Shown piece after piece: positions 23,301-32,971 of a stretch of 64,000 nucleotides of DNA. Position 1 is the first letter of the stretch. The number at the start of each line of letters is the position of its first letter. The notes beneath the pieces are model-generated. The model did no database searches. It saw only the letters and a list, made by a program, of their open reading frames with translations, and was not told where the DNA came from. The position numbers and the translations under genes are program-made. This stretch comes from Gekko japonicus (Eukaryota): NCBI RefSeq assembly GCF_001447785.1, contig NW_015165838.1, positions 906,594-970,593 on the forward strand, given 5' to 3'.

Positions 23301-26300
23301 TCAGGAATCTCCCAAGTTTGAAGAAAAATCTGTTTAGTGTCAGTGTGGTCCCGATTCCATGGATTTAGGTATCTGCATATGGGGACCCACACATGGCTAT
23401 TAGTATATAGATGACACTAGCAATTAAAATTAGCATATTATTTCATATCCTAATTTTCCCCATCTAAACATATACTTGAGATACTGCCTGATTATAGGCT
23501 GCTGTTTATTTCCGCTACTCTGCAGCACAGAACGATTTATCTCACTTCTTTTGTGTTGATTGTTGTAGGATGTCCTGTGGGATATTTTACGGTGGTTGAA
23601 AACCCATCCCTGTGAGGTCATCATTCTAGCTTTCAGAAACTTTGATGGATTGGACGAGGACCATCATCGTCATCTGGTGTGTTGTATAAAGAAGATCTTC
23701 TGTTGTAGACTGTGTCCTAGAAATGTAAGTTATTTGGAATCCTTGGTTTTGAGCTTTCAAGGATATAAATGTCTTACTCACAGTAGCCGGTTTGGGATGT
23801 TATACTGAAGTAAATAGTACCACTCACAATGCAAACCAGACCTTTGCTCTAAATGAATGGGACTCTGTACGGATTAATCTCAATGTCAGTATCCTTTTTG
23901 CAAGCAGAAAATTAAAAACCTACAATGTGATTCAGAATCAGGCATTGAGCACTGAAGTCTTGATGCCCAAACCGTACCCTGCATATTAGACCATCTTCCC
24001 TGTGCCATGATCCCAAGTGTGTAAAGACAGGCTCTAGTTAGCAAGCCACTCTTCTTGTGCTTGGAGAAGCTCACCTTTTTCTTTTTCTTTTGCTGTTTCA
24101 GCGGTGTCAGGATTCAGCTGTGGTATTGAAACAGAATTCCAGGACTGAGTCTAGACACAAATTAAGCCTTGGTTTAGTTGAAATGATTAAGATGCAAAGT
24201 GCATGGGAAACAATTACGTTCTGTTACCTGGATGTTTAAATATCTGCATCATGCTTTGGTTTTAAATTCTTATTTCATGTAATTTTTTACACGTTTGGAT
24301 ACTCTTCAGCATCCCATTAGAATGAATCCCTCCTCACTTTGATGCAGCATGCGTCAAAGTAAGGAATTCACCTATTTCAGCAAGACAGTTGAAAAAAATT
24401 AACCATCAAAACCTTTACTTTTAAATGAAAACTTACCTCCAAAGTGAAGACCAAGTCTCTCCTCTCCTATATCTGAAATATTTTCAGGGTTCATGTGGAA
24501 ATTCAGTATCTGGCCAAATTAAGGCACTAATGATGATCTAGTTCTCATGAGAGCAACAGCATTTACTCAAGACTGCCATGTTCCCATTTCTGTAGGTTGT
24601 ATCACAGCTATAGGCCAAGGCTGTATGAATTTTGTTGCAATTAGAACTGTGCTTATGTAGAAAAGCAGAGCTCTTCTCTTTTTGACTGTCTTTCAGATCT
24701 TAACTGGGGAATGACCACTCAGTTTAGCATTGGTAATCTAACCGTACAGAGACTTTGTTGTGGGGAGGGGAAAGAGGGAGGAAAGACCTCAGGTATTGAG
24801 GTGTGGGTAGTGGAGCTGGCCAGCTTGAGGGGGCGATGTATATAATAACTCAGGGATTTCAGGAAGGTTAGTTGTATTTTTTGAGAAGCTCTGAACAAAA
24901 TCTGTATGGGAGACACAGAGTAAGATGTTCTGACAAGGGTCCTCCTCCTTTTTTTCTTCTAATATTGTTGGAGATAAGAAACAATGGGTGATTGATTTTG
25001 CTTGAAAATAGACAAACGTTTTACAAAAGAAATTCTGAAGCACTTCATTTAAGAAAGGCTGTGTTTTAACTGTCTAGCAAATGGCTGAAGGCCTTTTGTG
25101 AAGTTAGGAAATCCACATACATGACAAAAAAAACTCCTACAAGCTTATGGATGATTCTTAGCATTCAGACAACATGCCTCTTTTGCCATGTAGCCTTTCC
25201 TGTACATAGATTTTAAAATACAGTCAGGGAAGTATAATAAAAATGGCATGCCTTAGCATTTGAATTTCTGTACAGTTGCCATAAACGTAAGACAACTTCA
25301 TCGGCTGTGGTCCTACAAGTACAGTGCAACGCTTCTCTTCCAGGTGGTTCCAACCCTACAGCATATGTGGGCCCATGGCTATCAGGTTATTGTCTCATAT
25401 GAAGACATTCTACAAGTGGCATTGCACTCTGAGTTGTGGCCGGCACTTCCATACTGGTGGGGAAATAAGACTACAGCAAAAAAACTTATCTGGTATTTGG
25501 AGCTGAGGAAACGTGGTGGACGCCCAGGTATCCGTTGCATTTTTGTTTTTGCAAATCATGTGCCAAGGCTCTGTGACTTTATCTTGTTCTAGACTGTCAA
25601 AAATCTACATGTTTTAATTGTTTGCAATGCAATATCTATTCAATGACACAAACCCAGACATCACAGCTCTGGTCACTAGGTTCTTGGCTGAAGCGGTTAA
25701 AGATAGATACAAGCTTTCTGTATGAACAGCCTTATTTTGCTGTCTCTGTAATGCCTTCTTGCTCATATTTTATCACACCATGTATTTTATTGATATGCCA
25801 TTAAAAGGTATTTGATTTGATTTAACTTCATCTTGTTCTAGACTGTCAAAGATCTACATGCTTTGTTTGCAAACAAGGATTACCATAAGGCTTGATCAGA
25901 GCCATATAGTATATAACTTTAAAGGAAGTTTGGTTTTTCTCTGATCACGCTTTGGTGAGGTGGGTGAATGGTATAACCAAACCCCTTTGTTTAATTATTT
26001 TTGGACAGTCTGGATATGTGCATGGACACTGTTAGAATGCATTTGGGGAGATTCAGCGGCCCTCCATTAGATCTGTAGAGATACTTTATGCTATTTCTTT
26101 ATCCTTTAAAAAAGTGTAAAAATTAACAAAACAAAGACATGAAAACAGCTGATTCTACTGGGCTGTGTTTGTACCAGTTATTCAGTATTGGAGAGCCAAT
26201 GTGATGTAGTGTAGAGTGCTGGATCTGAACGTAGAAGACAATGCAGCGTTTGGACAATGTTGTTCCTGCAGGTAAGGTGCATACTGCCAAGTAGAATGGC

Positions 26301-27201
26301 CCTACCCTGCTTTTTGAAGTGGCGAGATGTTGTGGTTATCCATGTTGGATGTCCAACTATGTCACCTACTCTGCCACTTGATACAGAAGACGAGGAGAGA
26401 ATCTACTGGTGACTCCAGCCTGCCATGTCATGAGATTACTTACAAGTATCTCTGGACTGCTTTCAATGTGCACGGGCTGCAAATGCAGCAATGTATTGGC
26501 ACGAGGATAGTTTGTTCTTTTATCTTTAAATTAAGATAAAGGCATGAAAACTCCTTTGTGAATATATGGTCAAACTGAGAGAACATAGATCTCCCAGCAT
26601 CTTTTAAAAGCTAAATTGCTGCAGGTAGACCCAAGTTAGAATTGAGGCTATCGAGGAGAGGGGGCATCTTTTTCCTTCCTGAACTCCTTAGAGTAGGAGG
26701 GGGAAGAGAGGTTGATGGGTGAACTGTGCAAGAGTGGGAGGATTAAACCCTCTTTCTGAGAGGCCCTGATGCCTGAAATGTACCTTCTAAAGAAACTGAG
26801 AAAACGCAAACCTTGATTACCCAAGTATTGCATCTGTTATGACCCAAAGTGTTAGTAATGCCCACAGGAGGGCATATGACAGACACAGTGGTGACTTTTT
26901 GTTTTGTTTTCATGCAGGAGGATTATTTGTTGCAGGAATCAACCTTACTGGAGATTTGCCATACATTCTGTCACGTCTACATTATTCTATAAAGAAAATG
27001 ACCCTCCGTGCCCTTCCATTACTGAATCGCTGGATAAAGAAGCAGCGACCCGGAGCAGAGAAAGACTGCATTAATATAATTGCTGGGGACTTCATAGAAA
27101 GAAGTAATTTCGTGCAGAATGTGATCAATCTTAATGAAAAACTTATTCCAAAGGAGCACTTCCCAAATATGCTGCCTTTGCTCAGCTCTGGAAAAACTTG
27201 A
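8252..27201 (+). CDS. PLCXD1: PI-PLC X domain-containing protein 1 (PLCXD1-type), join(8252..8381,11009..11145,17976..18104,23569..23724,25344..25527,26918..27201), 339 aa
   Basis: All six exons are bounded by GT-AG and phase-compatible (130+137+129+156+184+284=1020 nt). PLCXD motifs WMS..LW.IPL.NLSLPGSHD, EQLDAGIRYFDFRIAH, FVHM, HP.EVIIL, WWGN, GLFVAGINLT and INIIAGDF are present. The gene is convergent with GTPBP6 as in human. Confidence 0.92.
10240..10340 (+). mobile_element. RTE LINE 3' end
   Basis: SLQDLRETVNDRTIWRPFIHRVAMSQKQLDG, a typical RTE C-terminus. Confidence 0.65.
11009..11145 (+). CDS. PLCXD1: PLCXD1 coding exon 2 (GSHDTMTYSLD...RWCITQ)
   Basis: gttag|GG ... CAG|gtaaac; 137 nt; contains the catalytic-type His of SHD. 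Confidence 0.93.
11913..12121. mobile_element. hAT MITE with TAGGGTTGCCA TIRs
   Basis: TIRs; degenerate 8-bp TSD GTCCTGAC/GGCCTGGC; homologous to 57287-57497. Confidence 0.7.
12216..12400 (+). mobile_element. Degenerate Squam3/MIR-like SINE
   Basis: CAGCCAGTGTGGCATAG head and CCTACCTCACAGGGTTGTTGTG core. Confidence 0.6.
12507..12870 (+). mobile_element. L1-clade LINE 5' UTR plus ORF1 N-terminus, 3'-truncated
   Basis: Starts with a G-run GGGGGGGTGGCG; GC-rich UTR; ATG at 12632 gives MGRNSGPKT...SKMA...LQALEKNM, typical of reptile/amphibian L1 ORF1 starts. Confidence 0.55.
13378..17178 (-). mobile_element. Decayed Ty3/Gypsy LTR retrotransposon internal region (gag-protease-RT), no LTRs, interrupted by a retroposon at 14977-16462
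   Basis: gag (LKDLIAP...LSNHLSPK...LRQAATRCSF), zinc knuckle CRTCNKPGHLARVC, protease MEIDSGSSFSII, RT KLDLTQAYQQL/RLQFGV/FLDD; several stops and frameshifts. Confidence 0.92.
14977..16462 (-). mobile_element. L1-mobilised ORF1-only (HAL1-like) retroposon nested in the Gypsy gag
   Basis: 18-bp direct repeat CCTTTACGTGGTGGTCTT at 14959-14976 and 16463-16480; poly(A) on the minus strand; decayed coiled-coil ORF1-like frame from ATG 16030; no RT. Confidence 0.7.
17976..18104 (+). CDS. PLCXD1: PLCXD1 coding exon 3 (ELTVLEQLDAGIRYFDFRIAH...TAVVE)
   Basis: tgcag|GAG ... GAG|gtacag; 129 nt. Confidence 0.93.
19583..19790 (+). mobile_element. 5S rRNA-derived SINE with RTE-type tail
   Basis: 5S-like GCCTGATCTTGTCAGATCTCAGAAGC...GTTAGTACTTGGA head, followed by a GGCAGGCGATGGCAAA..ACCTCTG RTE-type tail; a degenerate copy lies at about 29020-29290. 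Confidence 0.7.
20904..21392 (-). mobile_element. Solo LTR (Gypsy/ERV type), 489 bp
   Basis: TGTCACG...CATGACA termini; near-perfect 5-bp TSD CTGGC/CTGCC; on the minus strand CCAAT (about 21270), TATA (about 21245) and AATAAA (about 21060) are in the expected order. Confidence 0.75.
22669..22930 (+). repeat. Tandem duplication, 2 x 130 bp with a TC filler
   Basis: 22669-22798 is identical to 22801-22930. Confidence 0.95.
23569..23724 (+). CDS. PLCXD1: PLCXD1 coding exon 4 (DVLWDILRWLKTHPCEV...LCPRN)
   Basis: tgtag|GAT ... AAT|gtaagt; 156 nt. Confidence 0.93.
25344..25527 (+). CDS. PLCXD1: PLCXD1 coding exon 5 (VVPTLQHMW...GGRP-G)
   Basis: ttccag|GTG ... CAG|gtatcc; 184 nt. Confidence 0.93.
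26918..27201 (+). CDS. PLCXD1: PLCXD1 last coding exon (GGLFVAGINLT...SSGKT*)
   Basis: tgcag|GA; stop TGA at 27199-27201. Confidence 0.92.
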
Positions 27202-30200
27202 GTACTGTGAGACTTTGAACATAGTTTACCTTCCTCACAGGAATGCTGTGAAGATCTTGTTTTTAACAACAAATGATAAGTTTAAAAAACCTCTAGTTAA
27301 GGATGAATTCCTAACTCCATGAATTTGTCTGGAGACACACTTAAAAGTGCAGTTCTTTTTGCACTGCTTCCCAGGAAACCAAGCACTTTCATGTATCACT
27401 TTTGCTATTTTTTTAATCCAAACATCCTGTTTGCAGTGATTGGTGCTTGCTGTGTCAGAGAATCTGACCGTGTGCTCCTACCAACTAAGTAGCTCACACC
27501 GATTATCTCTTCAGAGAGAAGTGGAAGCCATTCTTTTTCCAAACACAGATGACACCACCAGAATTGACAGGGCCAGCCATCTTTTTGGAGCTGTGTGTGC
27601 TACCAATTCAGAAGGAGAACTTTGACTGAGAAACATGCAGTGCTCAATGCTGGGATCCCACAACAGAAGCTAGGCAGAAAGAAATTATCCAAAATTCAGC
27701 CTCTACTAAAGGAACGAATGAAACCAATTTAATATGATTTTCAGAAAGGAACAGGGTAGGAGAGAAGGAAGCAAGCCAGGAGATGAGTGAGTCTAACTAC
27801 TATCATCGATAAACAGTAGACAGCATTCTTAAAGCCAAAAGTACAAAGGAACAAGCTCAGCTGATCAAAGTGACATCCCACCAACTTTCTAGTAGAGGCA
27901 TCATATACTTTGAAGTAGTCCCTTGGCAAGCTTGGCAGTTATGAGAGAAGAGAGAAATCCTCTTTTGGACTGGGTAATGAGCAGGAAGCAGAGGACTAGA
28001 GTAAATGGACAGTTCTCACAACACAGGGGAGCAAGCAGTGAGTTTCCACAACCCGATGTTTTGAAACAAGTGCAATTTAACTTATTCAGTCCATGAGTCG
28101 GATGAAGGCGGAGTCGGATGACGCAACTGCGGGGCGACGCGGCGCGGCTGGAGCCCGAAGGGACGAGTAGCCGGAAAAAGCTGCAGTCCAGAGCAGAGCG
28201 CGCCGACGGAGGATCCACCAAGAAGCCCGCCGATGGTCGCTGATTGCCCGGAGCACCGAGACTGCGCCTGAGCCGCCAAGGAGAGAAAAAGCCGCCGTCC
28301 GGGTGCTGCTAGGTAACCCCTCCCCGCACAAATTGTGGCCCTAGTTAGGATTCGACTACAGATGTAGTCTAATGTAAACCGCTCTGAGACCCATTAGGGG
28401 TCATGGGCGGTATAGAAATCACATGTAAATAAATAAAAAAAAATAGTTATAAGTGAACTGTGAGATGGTTGTATTTGCAGATTAAATGTATGCAAGCCAA
28501 ACTGTGAAGAAATCTTCTGTGAACTCCAATTTAGGTGAATGGGCAGGACCTTGTCAGACTCAGTTTATCTGAGTGTAAAAATGAGGATGCCTGGCCAATA
28601 AATCCTGATGACATAGGTAGTGAATGGGTAGGAAAAAGTTCCTATGGATATTTCAAAGAAAGTGTCAATTAAGCATGAAGTAAATAGCATGGCCAGTATT
28701 GTAATGGTATATGTAAATCTGGGTTGCAGGAAGAATACTGTAGCACTGTAAAAGAGCGGAAGATAGTAATGATTTGGGGGCAGGGGTGAAGAGAGAATGA
28801 CAGGTTTATAAAGTACATATGAAGTAGAGAATGTTTTTAATCCTCCTTGTACAATGCTTGAAAGTGTTATCTAATTAATGGACTGGTTTGAACTTCGACC
28901 ATTGTTCTTAAGTCTCTCAGATAATATAATATTTAAAATGAAGGTACAATAAACAGATTTTGGGGTGCCTGCTGATGTACACTATTTTGATATTCTTAAC
29001 CATAGAACATAGGAAGGGAGGCAGCATGGTACAGCCCAGTCTTGTCAGCTGAGGAGGATTGATGCTTGGATGGGGAACCATAAGAACATAAGAACATAAG
29101 AGACGCCAATGTTGGATCAGGCCAAAGGCCCATCCAGTCCAACACTCTGTGTCACACAGTGGCCAGAAATACCAGTGCCATCAGGAGGTCCAGCAGAGGA
29201 AGGCAATGGTAAACCACCTCTGCTTCTTAATTGCCTTGAAAGTCCCTTGCTGGGGTTTCCGTAAGTTGGTTGTGACTCGGTAGCACTTATGTATGTAACT
29301 ACAGAACAAAACAGTTTAGCTGATTGTGTATCCTCTTGTCCGGAGAAAAGGCATTCTAAAGAAGCCCTTTCTCCACTGACAGTCAATTGAAGGGTTTGTG
29401 AACATTGCACTGAGTGACCAGAGCCAGCTGAGAAGCATCACCTCCACTGCTGGATCCGCATTAAAGAACCACTGCTCTACATTTTGAGAATGGATGTAAA
29501 CAACAGTTTTTCAGTGTAACTGTTTGATGTTTATTTGCCGTATTTGTAATTTAAGTAGCATTCCTAAAGTAAAACAAATAGATGAATTACAGAGTATGGA
29601 GCCAAATTTATCTCTTTTAAGTGTGCATTGATATATTTTGTCTCTTCTCCCTTATGGATGGCATGTTTTACTAAAAAGATCTTCTTCATGCTGGATTGAC
29701 TGGTAGAAGCAGCTGCTCTGTTTCCACATAGGGGCTTTTAAAGTCCCCATTTCTAGTGGTGGTACCTTGCAGAGTCCTCAACCAAGGTTATGTGGGGAGC
29801 TCTGGAGAACAAGCAGATTTGGCCTCCGTACCTCCTCGTACAGTAGTGGAAGGGCTTTACATTGGGATATTGGACAGAAAAAGTATCTGATACATTGTGA
29901 CTGGTATAAGCATCATTATTAATTGGCACCATCTATAGCAAATGTTTACTGGCTTAAATGGGTGGCCACAGAAAGCAGTTTCTGATGACCTAATTTTTAT
30001 TGTGGCAGCCCTTAAATAGTGGGGATGGAACAGCACAATTGCTGTAGATCTGAAAGCCTGAAACAGGAGTCATGAATCCATATGGAAGTGTCTGAATTAC
30101 ATCATCTCAGAGAAAATGTGAAGCATTTTAAAAATACAGTTCAGCTTTACATTCCTTATCCTTGTTGCAGTAAAAAATCACAGAGTCCGTGAGTATTCTT

Positions 30201-30945
30201 CTTAAACAGCACGCACATTATCCATTATTAGACTTGCATTAAAAAAAGTATTTTGCGTGTTTCAGTATTAAATGTATTTTAGTAACCTTAGGAAAAGGCA
30301 GGACTTTGTTTGCTTTGCTAATATTTAAAGGGGGATGAAAATAAATCCATCTAGATATTCCCCCACCAATCAAGCTCACAAATAATTGTTACATTTTGGA
30401 CAGCAACAGTCTACCTGTGGCTCAGTAGCAGAGCATATGCTTTGCATGGAAAAAAGTTCCAGGCTCAGTTCCCTGCCATCTCCAGTAAAGCAGACGATGT
30501 GAAAGAGACTAAGAGAGCTGCTAGCAGGCAGAGCAGATCGTGTTGACCTTGACAGACCAGTGCTACCCATAGTTTACCTGTTGCATGCTCTCTTTTGGTA
30601 ACTTACCGTGTGAACTGTTTTAATGAGCTCATTTAGGGATGCTAACTCATTTGCTGCTATTAGTAACTGAACTTCTAATCTCTTGACAAATGCTGTTCAC
30701 TGCAGGCAAGATTCCGAAGATTCCACCTCATGGTTTTCATTACTTCTGAAGCCTGCATTGGGGGCAGGGGATGTCTAGACTAATTTATTTGCTTCCTCTT
30801 TTAAATATTCACAGATCTGCAAAGCAAACAAAGTGTTGCTTTTATATGCAAGGCTACTTACTCATGGTTAAATGTGTGTGCTGTTTAAAATGAATAAGAG
30901 CTACACAGTCATGGAGTCCCATGATTTTTGACTTTAGCAAGGAAG

Positions 30946-31590
30946 GTAAGGAATGCAAAGCCGAACTGTGTTTTTAAAATGCTTTCTATTTTATCTGAGA
31001 TGGTGCACAACTTCTGTTAGAAATGAGCTGGCTTAGGGTGGTGTGCCATTTTGCAACTCCCCCGAAGTGAAGACCCACCCTCCTACCTTCAGAATTTATG
31101 TTCAATGTGTTAGTCATGCTTTGCTATGCATGCAGGGGGTCACTGGTTAACGAGGTCAAAAAGGAATTTTACCCAGGCCTTGATTGGCTCTGAGGCACTG
31201 GGGTTTTTGCCTTTCCCCATAGCAAAGGAAGTGTACCTTTGTGCTGGTATCGAGGCATTGGCTAGGGAACTTAGTGCAGGTTGTGGAGGAAGGGGGAGTC
31301 CCCTTATGGGGATCTGGTAGAGGTAGGGTGCAGGACAGCCAACCTTGGGGTTAGCCACATCCCCAGGAGGAGGAGGAGAAGGATGGCTAGGAATAGCGCT
31401 TCCAGCCCTAACACCAGCCCTCTGTTACCCTCAACAGGCAGATAGGAGATGGCGCTATACCAAAAACCTGAGGAACCCATAATCAATAAAGTTGTGGGCT
31501 GCTTCCTCCCAGTGCAATGTGTCTGTGTCATCCCACTCCAGGCGACGGAGAGAGCTGAGGGTTAGATGACTTAGATATCCAAACCTTACA
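30946..31590 (+). mobile_element. Probable solo LTR between the two gene 3' ends
   Basis: (T)GTAAGG...CCTTACA inverted termini, GAAG on both flanks, and AATAAA at 31485-31490 followed by a GT-rich U5-like tract. Confidence 0.45.
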
Positions 31591-32618
31591 GAAGGTCTTG
31601 CTGCATAATTCCTTCACAAAAAAAATACCTATAACAGTCAGTGTTTCCAGTAGGAAATGATAGCTTGTAGGATTAGTGATCTGAAAAACAGCAGCAGTAG
31701 TGGCATTTCAACAGTTGCCAGAAAGTGAAGAATAAAATGCTGCTTGGATACTCTGATTCTTAGAGGCACAGATAACTGTTACTACTCAAAAATAATCTTG
31801 CAGAAACCTGATAAAGCTTATTGAGCAGACCAACCCAACATTTGTAGCTGCCAATCACATAGAGAGAAAACGGTTCAGTTTATAAAGTACACAAAAAGGA
31901 CAGTACAAAATATGTCTACAGGATGGAAAACAACACTTCTGGTTCTGGAGAACTGCTATAGGTGTACATTTCCAGTTCTAACGTACAATCTATGATCCAG
32001 TGGAGGTACAGGTAACTAGTGGAAACTATACTTTCAAGTGGAAGCTTCTCTTAGCTAAACACAGCCTTGCATCCAGGCTTAAGAACAAGCCAGTCTCCTA
32101 GGGTTTTGTCTTCTCTTTTCAGAGTCTCTTATCACATTACTTGGCCTCTAGAAACTGTAACATGAAATCAACAAAGTAAAAAGCCCAGTATATTTTATGT
32201 TCTTATAACAGATTCATAGTGCAACTTTCTGTGGGGATCAAAGAAATTGCTGCTAAGATTCTGAGTTTGGTTTCAGTTGATGCATTTGCACACACAGTTG
32301 TATCTAAAGGAGCCCAGCACTGCCTGCAGGAACAAGAGCGTATTGCCTGCCACGGTTTTGAGATATAAAAGAAATTCTGAAGGAAGTATTTCACTTTTCT
32401 GTTGTACAAGATACTTCAGCATTTGTGCAGTGGGCATGTTTTTAGTTTCTGCTATATAAATTCCTTTTGCTTATATATTAAGTGAAGGAAAGTAGTCAGG
32501 GAAGGAACACTCAATAACCAGCCCTGCCTGTCTGCTAGAATAACTGGCCATTCTGTAGAGACTGGATATTTTTACTACAGATGGGGTTGAAACCTCCAAA
32601 GTTTGGGGGCAAAACATC

Positions 32619-32624
32619 TTTATT
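32619..32624 (-). terminator. Candidate GTPBP6 polyadenylation signal AATAAA
   Basis: TTTATT on the + strand, about 190 nt downstream of the stop codon. Confidence 0.5.
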
Positions 32625-32811
32625 CCTTTTGTGCAACTCCAAGCAAACGTTGAAAGTTTTGTAACATTGTCATAGAGAGGTTGTTTTCTCCCCAGAGGTA
32701 GTGTGTCAGCATTTCATGACAAGCACAAGCTGACCAGTTCAAAACAAATACAGTGAAAGTCTGTATACCAGTGGAGTACTCAGCATTTTACCGCCATTAA
32801 AAATTTTCTTG

Positions 32812-32971
32812 TTACTCAGGATTCTTCTTCCTCACAGAAGAACAACGTGACAGGGGAAACAGTCTTTTGTATCTACCCAACACAGAGTCACTAATAATCA
32901 CCTTCACACTGGCTGTACCATCTTCAGGATTCACATCCATCTCTTGCACTGTTGTTTCTTTGTAAAGCCAA
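32812..32971 (-). CDS. GTPBP6: GTPBP6 last coding exon
   Basis: WLYKETTVQE...YKRLFP...KNPE*; TAA at 32814-32812. Confidence 0.92.
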
